From Longimicrobiales bacterium (GTDB lineage Bacteria; Gemmatimonadota; Gemmatimonadetes; Longimicrobiales; Gaopeijiaceae), in assembly GCA_963664435.2 (NCBI GenBank), contig CAXXKM010000001.1:1056001-1120000 (forward strand): a stretch of DNA of 64,000 nucleotides, read 5' to 3'. Position numbers and translations under genes: made by a program. Shown piece by piece: positions 1-10,116 of the stretch (within the stretch, counting starts at the first letter, position 1; every line of letters begins with the position of its first letter). Below the pieces are notes generated by a model, which did no database searches, was not told the origin of the DNA, and worked only from the letters and a program-made list of their open reading frames with translations.

Positions 1-1819
1 CGACGGAGAATATGCGGTGCGCGCTCCTCGCGTAGCGTCGGGCCATGGCCCCGGCCCCGCGCAGGCCGCCTTCCTCGTGGACCGACCAGGTGAAGATGAC
101 CTTCGAGTCGAGCTCGTCCGGGTCGATGGCGTGGATGGCGAGGAGGATGGCCGTGGTGCCGGCGCGGTCGTCGAGGGCGCGCGCGACGAAGCGGTGCCGC
201 CCCAGGCGCAGGCCCTCCTTGTACATGGTGATCGCGTTGCCCTCGCGCACGCCGCGGGTGGCCAGCTCTTCGGCGTTCATGCCGAACCAGGCGCGCTCGC
301 TGGTGACGTTCCTGCCATCGGCGACGTCGCGGGTGAGGAAGACGCCGGGGATGGGCGGCGGCGCCGTGGCGGCGAGCGACTCCGCCTTCCAGCGCGGGCT
401 GGTGTCGCTCCCGTCGCCGGTCAGGGCGGTCGGCGCGCCCGGCGGGTCGAAGTGGAGGAGCGCGGTCTGGCCCTCCCAGGCGGTCGCGACCGCTCCGCCT
501 TTGCGGCGGAGGGTGACGACCCCGTCGGGCGCGATCGACTCCACCTCGTAGCCGACTTCGTCCATGTGGGCCATGAAGACGGTGGTGTCGCGCTCCGGGC
601 CGGCCTCCACCATGACGTTGCCCATGTCGTCCACGACGGCGCGGTCGCGGGCCCAGTCGGGGAGGGATTCCAGCACGAACCGGCGCACCGGCCACTCATG
701 GTCGGGGACGGCGTACAGGTCGACGAGGCTGCGCAGGAGGTCGGCGGTGCCGTCGAGCGATCGGTCGACGTGGCTGGTGCGCAGGGGCGCCGGCGCGGGG
801 GCGGGCACCCAATCCGCCTGCGGGTCTGCCTGCACCCCCATGGCGCCGGCCGCCGCCGCCAGCAGGGTGGTGGCATCCTCCAGCCGCACCTGCTCCATGT
901 GCGAGCCGGGGGCGGTGGCCGCGGGGACGATCCAGGTGACCTCATCCAGCCCCGCCGACGCGAGCACGGCGCCGAAGCGGCCGAACGAGTCCGCCGGCCG
1001 GAGGGTGATGCCGCCCTCCGCCTCGCCGGGCGCAAGCACCACCACCTGGTCGAACGACCCGCCGCGTGCCACGTAGGAGGAGAGCCCCACCCACCCCAGC
1101 ACCTCCTGGGCGCTCATCACGAAGTGGGTTTCCCCCGCGGGCGCGCGGCCGTCGCGCGCGGCTTCCGCCAGGGTGGCCACGGCGGCACAACCCACCCGGC
1201 GCCCGGCGTCCGGTCCCGCCACCCCGCCCGCCATCGGCCACGGGGGGAGGTGGCGCGCGATCGGGTCGAGCAGTTCGATCCCGAGGGCCGCCACCTCCGC
1301 GGCCGACTCGGCCCCCACGTCCACCCACAGCTCGTCCGCGCCCACCACGGCGGTTTCGTGGCGGTGCTGGGCGGAGAAGTGGCCGTTCGAGCGCGCCACC
1401 ACCCCCGCGACCGGGCCGGTGCGCGTCATCACCCGCACGTGCTGCGCCTCGAAGGCCTGGTCCCACAGCGGGTGGCTCGACCCGCGGCCGATGCGGTGGA
1501 CGCGCAGATACCCGTCCGCGGTGATCTGGCTGGCCGCGTAGCTGGGCCGGTCGAGCGCGCACGCCACGATCCGGCGCGAACTCCCCGACCCCACGACCGC
1601 CACCAGGTTGCCCCAGCGGTCGGAGATCCAGCCGGGCATCGCGTCCGCCACCCGCGGCGTGAGCCGGGTCTCGTAGCCGGTGGGCGCGTCCACCGCCACC
1701 CAGGAGGCCATCGCCTTCAGGCGGGCATCGTCCTGACCCATGAGCGGCCCCGCGTCCGCCGCAGCCAGGGTCAGCAGCATCGCCAGCAGGGATCCAGCAG
1801 GTGCGCGACTCGCCATCAT
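1..1819 (-). CDS. M42/M20-clan metallopeptidase-like secreted protein, runs off the left edge of the window
   Basis: Manual minus-strand translation from ATG 1819: signal-like MMASRAPAGSLLAMLLTLAAA, then VAVDAPTGYE and later VFMAHMDEVGY (M42-type motif); same register as the antisense shadow ORF 17..3043. Confidence 0.75.
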   Translation of the reverse strand, partial: MMASRAPAGSLLAMLLTLAAADAGPLMGQDDARLKAMASWVAVDAPTGYETRLTPRVADAMPGWISDRWGNLVAVVGSGSSRRIVACALDRPSYAASQITADGYLRVHRIGRGSSHPLWDQAFEAQHVRVMTRTGPVAGVVARSNGHFSAQHRHETAVVGADELWVDVGAESAAEVAALGIELLDPIARHLPPWPMAGGVAGPDAGRRVGCAAVATLAEAARDGRAPAGETHFVMSAQEVLGWVGLSSYVARGGSFDQVVVLAPGEAEGGITLRPADSFGRFGAVLASAGLDEVTWIVPAATAPGSHMEQVRLEDATTLLAAAAGAMGVQADPQADWVPAPAPAPLRTSHVDRSLDGTADLLRSLVDLYAVPDHEWPVRRFVLESLPDWARDRAVVDDMGNVMVEAGPERDTTVFMAHMDEVGYEVESIAPDGVVTLRRKGGAVATAWEGQTALLHFDPPGAPTALTGDGSDTSPRWKAESLAATAPPPIPGVFLTRDVADGRNVTSERAWFGMNAEELATRGVREGNAITMYKEGLRLGRHRFVARALDDRAGTTAILLAIHAIDPDELDSKVIFTWSVHEEGGLRGAGAMARRYARSAHRIFSV

Positions 1820-2002
1820 CCGATCTCCGGTTCAAGGTCCAGGGACGGAACCCGGGCGTCATCCCGCTCCCACGCGCGGACAGCGCGTCGGCGCCTGACG
1901 CGCCACCGGAGGGCCCGCCCATCGCAACCCGTCATCATGCCGTCTGCGCGGCCCCGCGGCCAGCGCCAACGCCCGGGATCCGGCCCGGCCGGCCGGCCCT
2001 CC

Positions 2003-2749
2003 TCAGGCCGCGGCACCCCTCGAGCGCTCGAACCTTCGACGGTACCGCCGGGTCCAGATGACGATGGCCGGAACGCCGACCACCGTCGGCAGGATCCAGG
2101 GGACGATCGCGAGCGGGCCCTCGATCTCGTAGGCCCAGAACCGCTGCGCCCCGAAGACCAGGAACGCGGTGTGGAAGGCGATGCCGCCCCCGAGCATCGA
2201 GGCCAGATGGCTGTAGAACCAGCCCATGCGCTCGCCGCCCGGATCGCGCATCAGCCGCAGCATGCGCCGTCCCGTGAAGAGGCCGATAGGGCTCATCCCC
2301 AGCAGGATCGGCGAGACGTCGGACCATGCGGCCAGCCCGAATGCGACGACGATGACGCTGCTGGACATCGACACCCAGACGAGCGCCTCGTGTACCGGAG
2401 TGCGCAGCTTCTCGGGCGCCCGCCGGGTCGCCAGCACGCGCAGTCCCTGGCGCACCATGACGAAGGTCACCACGCCCAGGTATCCCAGGAGCACGGCGAA
2501 CCCGTAGCGCTCGGGTTGTTCCGCGACGCCGATGCCCATGTACCGAAAGGATGCGATCCGGCCCGCCGCCGCGACGATCGCCGACAGCGTCACGACATAC
2601 GCGCAGTACGCATAGACGCGGCCCACCACGACGTGCACCCGGCCGCCCTTGCGCGCGAACACCGGGAACCAGAACGCCGCCAGGCCGACGAAGCCGGCCA
2701 CGACGTGAACCAGGAGGAGGGCATCGAAGAGAAGGTTGAAGACCGTCAT
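2003..2749 (-). CDS. Multi-pass membrane protein (DUF2306-like)
   Basis: MTVFNLLFDALLLVHVVAG...RKGGRVH..GRVY, about 6 hydrophobic helices, WFYSHLASMLGGGIAFHTAF; ATGA overlap with padR stop. Confidence 0.75.
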   Translation of the reverse strand: MTVFNLLFDALLLVHVVAGFVGLAAFWFPVFARKGGRVHVVVGRVYAYCAYVVTLSAIVAAAGRIASFRYMGIGVAEQPERYGFAVLLGYLGVVTFVMVRQGLRVLATRRAPEKLRTPVHEALVWVSMSSSVIVVAFGLAAWSDVSPILLGMSPIGLFTGRRMLRLMRDPGGERMGWFYSHLASMLGGGIAFHTAFLVFGAQRFWAYEIEGPLAIVPWILPTVVGVPAIVIWTRRYRRRFERSRGAAA

Positions 2750-3477
2750 GAGGGGCCCTCCCGCTCGCCGGCCATGGTCCGCCGCCTGCCCGTCATGGTT
2801 TCCGGCTCGTGCCGGTGGCTTTCGGCCGCAGCCTCCACGCCGGACCGATCCCCCACCTGCCGCTCGCCGGCCACGGTCTCCGGCTCGCGCGGGCGCGTTC
2901 CGGCCGCAGCTTCCGCCGCGGAGCGGGACGCCACCCGCCGCTCGATCGCGGCCAGGGTCTCGTCGCACCAGGCCACCTTCGACCCGATGGAGTGGATGCC
3001 CATGCGGAGCGTCGCGAAGCGGTGGAATCCCGCGTCGCCGTAGCGGTCCGGGTTCCCGTGGGCGGCGATCAACTCCTGCTCGAGCGACTCCAGCTGCGCC
3101 AGCCAGGCGGCAAGATGAGACCGAAGCTCGGTCATGAACGCGCGCGTCTCCCGGAGGTCTCCGATCGCGTCCATGAAGTAGAGCTGGGCCAGGTACGCGA
3201 ACCGCTCCGTGCCGACCGAGGGGCCGCTGCGCAGCCACCGCAGCAGCTCCTCGCGGCCCTCCTTCGTCAGCGCGTAGACCTTGCGGTTCGGCCCTTTCGG
3301 AGACGGCTCGATCCGGCTCCGCAGCATCCGGCGCCGCTCGAGACGCTTCAAGCTCGGGTAGATCTGGCTGAGTTCGGCGGACCAGAAGTGCCGGATTCGC
3401 TCGCTGAAGGTGCGCTTGAGCGCGTAGCCCGTCGCCGGGTCGCGGAGCAGGCCGAGGAGGATGTGGTCGAGGCTCAT
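2746..3477 (-). CDS. PadR-family transcriptional regulator
   Basis: MSLDHILLGLL...TGYALK...FWSAELSQIYPSLKRLE...PNRKVYALTKEGREELLRWL winged-helix signature. Confidence 0.9.
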   Translation of the reverse strand: MSLDHILLGLLRDPATGYALKRTFSERIRHFWSAELSQIYPSLKRLERRRMLRSRIEPSPKGPNRKVYALTKEGREELLRWLRSGPSVGTERFAYLAQLYFMDAIGDLRETRAFMTELRSHLAAWLAQLESLEQELIAAHGNPDRYGDAGFHRFATLRMGIHSIGSKVAWCDETLAAIERRVASRSAAEAAAGTRPREPETVAGERQVGDRSGVEAAAESHRHEPETMTGRRRTMAGEREGPS

Positions 3478-3557
3478 GATGGGCGCCGCCTGCGTGGTAG
3501 GAGCCTGAGTCACCCCAGGAGCGCGACGGGAGCGCACCAGGAGCGCGATCAGCTCAC

Positions 3558-3609
3558 GCTATATCAATATCTATATAGCTACTATATCGATGTTTCCATA
3601 GCGTGTCAA
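3558..3609 (-). promoter_or_regulatory. sigma70-type promoter of padR with overlapping palindromic operator-like boxes
   Basis: Minus strand TTGACA (3609-3604), 17 bp spacer, TATAGT (3586-3581); inverted repeat GCTATAT-N8-ATATAGC at 3558-3579 and a related box at 3582-3601. Confidence 0.7.
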
Positions 3610-3838
3610 GGACGCGACCCCGTGGCCGGAAGGGCCGTGGCCCCGGAGCCGTCCCGGAGCCGTCCCGGCGCCGCATCCGGCGCATCGACAGGAGGAACCC
3701 GGCCTCCCCCCGGATCGGCGAATCGGTCGGGCCAGCCCGTCCGGCGGCGGCTTTCCGAGCCGTCCCGCTACTGGCGCGCGCGGCATCGGATGCCGAATTT
3801 GCGAGGGTTGATCGACGCACGCTCTCCGGAGGAAACCC

Positions 3839-5875
3839 ATGTCATCGACTCATCGAGGAAGCTTCGGGACCGGCCTCGTTCTCGCCGCGCTGCTTGCGCT
3901 GACGACGGCCATCCCCGCGCAGGCGCAGGAACGCGGCAACCCCGACGGCGAGTGGCGCTTCCAGAGCGCGGACTCGTGGGGCACCCGCTACTCGCCGGTC
4001 GACCAGGTCAACGCGTCCAACTTCGGCGACCTGGAAGTTGCGTGGGTGTGGCGGGCCGACAACTACGGGCCCGAGGTCGACCCGCAGATGAAGTCGACCC
4101 CGACCTACATCGACGGCATCCTGTACACGGTGGCGGGGCAGCGCCGCACCGTGGCCGCCATCGATCCCGCGACCGGCGAGACGCTCTGGACGTACCGCGA
4201 GCCCAACACGACCCGCTGGGAGCGGTCGATGCGCCAGAACTACGGCAAGGGCGTGGCGTACGGCGAAATCGACGGCCGCGGCGTCATCTTCTACACCTCT
4301 CCCGCCTTCTTCCTGCACGCGCTGGACGCGAAGACCGGCCGGCACCTGGAGGGATTCGGGGAACCGGTGCCGATCGAGGACTTTCCCGCGACCGGCGTCG
4401 TCGACCTGCTGGTCCCGCTGCTCGAGGGCTGGGGACCGTGGGAGGACTACGATGGCGAATACGATGCCGACTACGGCATCCCGCGCGAACTCGGCTTCAT
4501 CACGACCTCCTCCCCGCCCATCGTGGTGAACAACACCGTGGTGGTGGGCAACTCGGCGGAGCAGGGCTACAACCAGACCCGCATCGAGAACGTGCCCGGC
4601 GACATCCTCGCCTTCGACACGCGCACCGGCGACCACAAGTGGAAGTTCCACGTGATCCCGCGGCCCGGCGAGTTCGGGCACGAGACCTGGGAGAACGACG
4701 CCTGGATGTACACCGGGGACGTGTCCTCGTGGGCGCCGATGTCGGCCGACCAGGAGCGGGGCATCGTCTACATCCCCACCAACCCGCCGACCATCGACTA
4801 CTTCGGCGGCTTCCGTCCCGGCGACAATCTTTACGGCACCAGCGTGATCGCGCTGAACTCGGAGACCGGCGAGCGCGTCTGGCACTTCCAGACCGTGCAT
4901 AACGACCAGTGGAACTACGACCTGCCCAACGTGCCCATCGTCGTCGACCTGGAGGTGGACGGCGAGGCGGTTCCGGCGGTGATCCAGACGTCGAAGACCG
5001 GCCAGATCTTCACCTTCAACCGCGAGACCGGCGAACCCGTCTGGCCCATCGAGGAGCGGGACGTGCTGCAGACCGTGGTGCCCGGAAACTGGACCGCGAA
5101 CACGCAGCCCCATGTGACCCGGCCCGAGCCCATGGAACCCTTCGGGTTGGCCGAGGATCAGGTGCTCGACTTCACGCCCGAACTGCGCGCGGAGGCGCTC
5201 GAGGTCCTGAGCCGGTACCGGGTGGGCGGGCCCTTCATGCCCCGGCTCTATCCGGACCACAACGAGGACGTGCTGGACAACATCCGCTGCTACGGGGGGC
5301 TGAACATCACGCACCCGGCGACGCTCGATCCGACGACCGGCATCCTCTACGCCGCCAGCTCACGCAACTGCAGCGGGGGCATGGTGATGCAGGGGATGGA
5401 CGCGGACGAGCCGGATAATCCCCGGACAACCGGGACGACGATCTCGCAGTGGGTGGCGGGCCGTGGGGGCGCGCTCCCGCGGGTGCAGGGGCTGCCGATT
5501 CCGAAGCCGCCCTACAGCCGCATCTCCGCCTACGACATGAACACCGGCGAGCGGCTCTGGTGGATTCCGGTGGGTGACGCGCCCGAGGCGGTGGCGAACC
5601 ATCCGGCCGCGCAGGGGGTGGACCTGTCGCGGGCCGGCAGCGGCGCCAACTCGATCCAGATCGTGGCCGGGGATCTGCTGCTGGCGACGGAGGGATCGCG
5701 CGGGCCGCCGGTGCTGAACGCCTTCGACAAGATGACCGGCGAGTTCGTGGGCGAGGCGGAGATGCCGGGCGCGGGCCAGTACGGGATGATGACGTTCAGC
5801 CACGAGGGCCGCCAGCACATCGTGGTGCAGGTCGGCGATCCCGGACGGCTGGTGGCGCTGAGGCTGCCGATGTAG
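3839..5875 (+). CDS. PQQ-binding beta-propeller quinoprotein (glucose dehydrogenase-like), secreted
   Basis: Signal peptide; TRYSPVDQVNASN, FGGFRPGDNLY, WHFQTVHNDQWNYD, GEPVWPIEER, KPPYSRISAYD. Confidence 0.85.
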   Translation: MSSTHRGSFGTGLVLAALLALTTAIPAQAQERGNPDGEWRFQSADSWGTRYSPVDQVNASNFGDLEVAWVWRADNYGPEVDPQMKSTPTYIDGILYTVAGQRRTVAAIDPATGETLWTYREPNTTRWERSMRQNYGKGVAYGEIDGRGVIFYTSPAFFLHALDAKTGRHLEGFGEPVPIEDFPATGVVDLLVPLLEGWGPWEDYDGEYDADYGIPRELGFITTSSPPIVVNNTVVVGNSAEQGYNQTRIENVPGDILAFDTRTGDHKWKFHVIPRPGEFGHETWENDAWMYTGDVSSWAPMSADQERGIVYIPTNPPTIDYFGGFRPGDNLYGTSVIALNSETGERVWHFQTVHNDQWNYDLPNVPIVVDLEVDGEAVPAVIQTSKTGQIFTFNRETGEPVWPIEERDVLQTVVPGNWTANTQPHVTRPEPMEPFGLAEDQVLDFTPELRAEALEVLSRYRVGGPFMPRLYPDHNEDVLDNIRCYGGLNITHPATLDPTTGILYAASSRNCSGGMVMQGMDADEPDNPRTTGTTISQWVAGRGGALPRVQGLPIPKPPYSRISAYDMNTGERLWWIPVGDAPEAVANHPAAQGVDLSRAGSGANSIQIVAGDLLLATEGSRGPPVLNAFDKMTGEFVGEAEMPGAGQYGMMTFSHEGRQHIVVQVGDPGRLVALRLPM

Positions 5876-5901
5876 CGCGGAGGCGCGAGAGCAAGGGCTT
5901 T

Positions 5902-5945
5902 CCCGGAGGCCGCTTCCAGCTCTCGGAGTTGGGGCGGCCTTCGGG
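5902..5945. terminator. GC-rich hairpin between convergent genes
   Basis: CCCGGAGGCCGC...GCGGCCTTCGGG stem with inner CCAGCTC/GAGTTGG pairing. Confidence 0.55.
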
Positions 5946-5968
5946 CTGTTCGGGGAGCTGGCAGCCGG

Positions 5969-6967
5969 TCAGATCCGTTTGCCGTAGCGGGCCAGCCAGG
6001 ACGCGCGGCGGCCCTCCGGCGGCGGTATCGGCGGCCCTGGAATGGTCATCGTGCCGCGGCTGACGAAGGTCGCGGCGCCACCCACCCGGACGGCGGTGAT
6101 GCGGCCGGCGGCCTTGTCGACCTCGACCCTGATGAGGCTGGGCCGGCCGACTTCCTCTCCCTGTGCGACCTGCCAGCTGATGGTGCCGTTGAGGCGGCGG
6201 CTTGCCTCGCCCAGGTATCCTCCCAGCACCGCGGCGGCGGAACCGGTTGCGGGGTCTTCGGGCACGCCGGATCCGGGCGCGAACATGCGGACACGCACGT
6301 CGCCTCCGTAGAGCGGGCAGACCAGGTACACGTGGTGCGCCCAGGAATCGGCGAGCAGCTCCTGCCAGATCGCCGTGTTCAGGACGCCACGGCCGAGAGC
6401 GGCGAGGGTGCGCACCGGGATGACGTGAAAGGGGAGGCCGCAGGACATCATGGCGGGGGTGAGGGGACGGGGGGCCTCACCGCCGAGGTCGTCCGCCTCC
6501 AGGCCGACCATCGCGGCGAGCCGCTCCAGCGAGTGCGGGGACTCGCGCCGCTCCGGCAGCACCGCCGTGGTGAACTGCGCGAATACCGGACGGCCGCGCC
6601 GGTACTCCACCAGCGTGGGCACGAGGCCGACGTTCTCTTCAAGCACCAGGCTGGCGTGTCCGTCCTCGCTCCGGCGAATGCCGGCACGTCGCCGAACGGA
6701 TCGCGTGCCCGCCAGATAGATCGCGGCCCCCACGGTCGGGTGCCCCGCAAACGGCACCTCCACCTCCGGCGTGAAGATGCGCACACGCGCCGTTCCCTTC
6801 GGCGTCTCCGGAGGACCCAGGAACGCCGTCTCGGCAAGGTTCATCTCGCGCGCGATCTTCTGCATCAGCTCCGCAGGCAGCTGCGCCGCGTCGGGAAAGA
6901 CCCCGAGCGGGTTGCCGCCGAACGTCTTCTCCGTGAAGACATCGAGCGTCCGAAAGTCGAGTTCCAT
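5969..6967 (-). CDS. PhzF-family phenazine biosynthesis-like isomerase
   Basis: DVFTEKTFGGNPLGV, EMNLAETAF, EVPFAGHPTVG, EDPATGSAA. Confidence 0.9.
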   Translation of the reverse strand: MELDFRTLDVFTEKTFGGNPLGVFPDAAQLPAELMQKIAREMNLAETAFLGPPETPKGTARVRIFTPEVEVPFAGHPTVGAAIYLAGTRSVRRRAGIRRSEDGHASLVLEENVGLVPTLVEYRRGRPVFAQFTTAVLPERRESPHSLERLAAMVGLEADDLGGEAPRPLTPAMMSCGLPFHVIPVRTLAALGRGVLNTAIWQELLADSWAHHVYLVCPLYGGDVRVRMFAPGSGVPEDPATGSAAAVLGGYLGEASRRLNGTISWQVAQGEEVGRPSLIRVEVDKAAGRITAVRVGGAATFVSRGTMTIPGPPIPPPEGRRASWLARYGKRI

Positions 6968-7080
6968 GTGAAGCCGCCCATCCACCCAGGTTGAAAAAGG
7001 CCGTCTACCAGATGACGGGAAACCTCACTATCTTACACGCCCGATGCCTCCCCGTTCGCAGGTTGGCGGAGAGGCCAGCC

Positions 7081-7154
<74 letters not shown>

Positions 7155-7294
7155 TTGCAGTTGCGGGATTGTCGGGGGCCCAGCTCGCCAATCATGGGGA
7201 GTTGAGAATGAGTCTCATTTCATGCAGATTGTTGCTCCGTGCCTGCGCGTGGACGCCATACGCAACCAGGCTCACCTCATGAAACGGAGGCAGC

Positions 7295-7990
7295 ATGTCC
7301 CGCCACAGCGTAACGCTCGCCCTTGTCATGATTCCGGTGCTATCGGCCGGCTGTGGGGGTGGCGACGCGCCAGAACCTGAACCCGCCGCCAGGGAGTCCA
7401 TCGAGGCCATGGGCGATATGGGTGCCGCAGATGCAATGGCCGCCCTCTCCAACCCCAACCTCGCCACTGAAGACGAGCTGACCACGGTACCGGGGGTCAC
7501 GGCGGAGGTTGCCGCGGCGGTTGTCGGCGGACGGCCCTACCTGCGCGCGGCGGATCTGCACGCCGTGCTGGCCGGGACGATCGGAGAAGAGGCGGCACTT
7601 GCGGCTTACGGTGCGCTCTGGCTGCCGATCAACCTCAACGACGTGACGAACGACGAAATCCTCCTGATTCCGGGTGTGGGGGATCGGATGGCCCACGAGT
7701 TCGAAGAGTACCGTCCATACGTGGACCTGGGCGAGTTCCGCATGGAGATCGGCAAGTACGTGGACGAGGACGAGGTGGAGCGGCTCGCGCGCTACGTGTA
7801 CGTCCCGATCGACCTGAACAGCGCCACCCGCGAAGAGATCATGGCGGTTCCGGGGATGAGCGAACGCATGGCTCACGAGTTCGAGGAGTACCGCCCGTAC
7901 ACCGACCTGGACCAGTTCCGGCGCGAGATCGGGAAGTATGTGGACGAGAACGAGGTCGCGCGTTTCGAGCGCTACGTGACGTTGAACTAG
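7295..7990 (+). CDS. Lipoprotein with three helix-hairpin-helix (ComEA-like) repeats
   Basis: Lipobox LSAGC; repeats NLATEDELTTVPG, NLNDVTNDEILLIPGVG, DLNSATREEIMAVPG; RBS GGAGG. Confidence 0.75.
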   Translation: MSRHSVTLALVMIPVLSAGCGGGDAPEPEPAARESIEAMGDMGAADAMAALSNPNLATEDELTTVPGVTAEVAAAVVGGRPYLRAADLHAVLAGTIGEEAALAAYGALWLPINLNDVTNDEILLIPGVGDRMAHEFEEYRPYVDLGEFRMEIGKYVDEDEVERLARYVYVPIDLNSATREEIMAVPGMSERMAHEFEEYRPYTDLDQFRREIGKYVDENEVARFERYVTLN

Positions 7991-8045
7991 GCGGACAGGG
8001 CCGCGCGCGGGCGCGGGCTTCGTCGGCCCCGGCGGTGTCAAGGCG

Positions 8046-9194
8046 ATGATCCGGGCAACCATCTTCTGGCTGCACCTCACCGTGGCCGCGGCCGCCGGGC
8101 TGGTCATCCTGATGTTGGCGGTGACGGGCGTAGTCCTGTCGCTGGAAGAGACTGTGGCCGGGCTTGCGGAGCGACGGTACTTCGTGGCCGCGCCGGAAGG
8201 TGCGGAACGGCTGCCTCCGGAGGAGATCGCGGGGGCGGCGGGGTTCACGGCGACTTCGATGAGCTACCGGTCAGATCCGCGCGCGCCCGTGCGCGTCCAT
8301 GAGGGACAGGACCGGTACGCCCGCGTCAATCCGTACACCGGGCAGGTGCTGACAACGGGACCAGGCGGACTCGAGCGGTTCTTCGAAGGCGTTCACAACT
8401 GGCATCGCTGGTTCAACGTCTCGCGAGGCTCGGTCCGACGTGCCCGGGCGGTGACGGGGGCGGTCAACGTGGCCTTCCTCTTTCTGCTGCTTACCGGACC
8501 GATCCTGTGGCTTCCGCGGCCCGTCACCCGGCGGTCGCTCGCCAACGTGATCCTTTTCCGTCCCAGGGCGACGGGCGCCTCGCGCGACCTCAATTGGCAC
8601 CAGGTGGTGGGGATCTGGTCGGTCCTGCCACTGGCCGTGATCGCGGCAACGGGGGTCGCCACGTCGTATCCGGCCGTGGGCGATCGCGTTTATCCGATGG
8701 TGGGGAACGCAGTGTCCACCGGTGCATGGGCGGTTGGGCCGGCGTCCGAAGAGGTGGGACCTGAGCGAGCGTTGATTTCGGAGGACTCCGCTCGTGGGCC
8801 GGACGCGGACCTGAGGGCCGTGCTCGCAACCGCCGAGGCATGGGCGCCGGGGTGGCGGACCTTGATCCTGAACGTGCCGCGCCCCGAGGACAGTGAGGTC
8901 CGCGTCGAGCTGCAGGAGGGCCGAGCAGGCCAGCCCCACAGGACCGGCTTTCTCACCCTGGACGCCGCCTCCGGAGCCGCGCGCGCATGGGAGTCCTTCG
9001 CCGACCACACGCCCGCACGGCGCGCACAGCAGTTCCTGCGGTACGCGCACACGGGAGAGTACTGGGGGCTCGGGGGCCAGCTGTTGGCCGGACTCTTCTC
9101 GTTGGCGGCCGCCCTGATGGTGTGGACCGGCCTTTCCCTGGCGGTGCGCCGGCTGCGACGCTTCGTCAGGTTCCGGCGGGCAGCGCGGGGATAG
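8046..9194 (+). CDS. PepSY-associated TM helix protein
   Basis: FWLHLTV...LAVTG, VNPYTGQVL, WHRW, DLNWHQVVGIW, AHTGEYWG, VWTGL. Confidence 0.88.
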   Translation: MIRATIFWLHLTVAAAAGLVILMLAVTGVVLSLEETVAGLAERRYFVAAPEGAERLPPEEIAGAAGFTATSMSYRSDPRAPVRVHEGQDRYARVNPYTGQVLTTGPGGLERFFEGVHNWHRWFNVSRGSVRRARAVTGAVNVAFLFLLLTGPILWLPRPVTRRSLANVILFRPRATGASRDLNWHQVVGIWSVLPLAVIAATGVATSYPAVGDRVYPMVGNAVSTGAWAVGPASEEVGPERALISEDSARGPDADLRAVLATAEAWAPGWRTLILNVPRPEDSEVRVELQEGRAGQPHRTGFLTLDAASGAARAWESFADHTPARRAQQFLRYAHTGEYWGLGGQLLAGLFSLAAALMVWTGLSLAVRRLRRFVRFRRAARG

Positions 9195-10116
9195 GAGATG
9201 GGACCCCGCGCGAGAAACCTCCACCGGTCTCGATGTCGACGGCTATCGATCCGATCAGGTTCCCGATCGCCTTCTCCCCGCGGCGCAACGCGTATCGATA
9301 CAACCCGCGCCAGCCCCGCGCCGTCAGCCAGCCGACCGCTGCTCCGCTAGCAAGGAAGCCCAATACCGCCGCGCCCGCTGCGATACCCCCGATCCCGAGG
9401 GCGGCGGCCGCGCCCGCTCCCGCAAAGGCGCCACCGACGCCGCTCGCCGATCCGGCCAACCCCGAGAAGCTGCCCCCGACCCACATATTGAGCTTGTGGC
9501 TGTGAATCAGGCTCCCGCGCACGGTCAACTCGGTCGCAGGCGGATCGGTGTCCAGGCGCCGGAGGCTGAAGAGCAGCTGCTTGAGGTCGATCCAGGCCAT
9601 CTCGTACGCGAACGACTGATCTCCCAGGGTTGCCAGGTATGCAGGCACCTTGAAGACCAGCACGCCCCCGTCGAGGGGATCGGCTCCGTGCTGATCGATA
9701 ATGCTCAGGCGAAACGGGTTCTCCGGAAGGATCCTTTGCATGGCGCCATAGACCTCCTCCGCCGGTGCATGGATGACCCGGGAGACCTCCAGCGCGAGCG
9801 GCGGTTGGCCCAGGAAACGGGCTGCCATCGCCGACGGCCGGGCCTCGGCTCCCTCGACAAGGGCCCGACTGCGAGCCTCCGCGAGCGCACCATCAACGAA
9901 CTCCGGCGAGATTCCGGCTTCTTCGGCAGCAGCCCGGACATCCGCCAGGCGGTACCCTTCGACCTCCGCCGTGCCGGAGTCGGAGGGATGCCCCCGCGGA
10001 GCCAGCTGCCGCGAACGCTCTTCGAGGCGACGAGCGGCCTCGGCCTGCAACTCGGCCGCACGGTGCCAGAGTGCGCGTGCCTCCTCTTCGGAGATGCGGG
10101 TTTCTTCCGGGCTCAT
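9166..10116 (-). CDS. Hypothetical membrane protein with Gly/Ala-rich C-terminal helices
   Basis: 316-aa ORF, ATGA-coupled to upstream gene; N-terminal RAAELQ...AAEEAGISPEFV helix, glycine-rich hydrophobic C-terminus. Confidence 0.65.
   Translation of the reverse strand: MSPEETRISEEEARALWHRAAELQAEAARRLEERSRQLAPRGHPSDSGTAEVEGYRLADVRAAAEEAGISPEFVDGALAEARSRALVEGAEARPSAMAARFLGQPPLALEVSRVIHAPAEEVYGAMQRILPENPFRLSIIDQHGADPLDGGVLVFKVPAYLATLGDQSFAYEMAWIDLKQLLFSLRRLDTDPPATELTVRGSLIHSHKLNMWVGGSFSGLAGSASGVGGAFAGAGAAAALGIGGIAAGAAVLGFLASGAAVGWLTARGWRGLYRYALRRGEKAIGNLIGSIAVDIETGGGFSRGVPSPIPALPAGT

Noticed and set aside
17..3043. 1008-aa plus-strand ORF
   Set aside because: Antisense shadow of real minus-strand genes in high-GC DNA; no recognisable motifs
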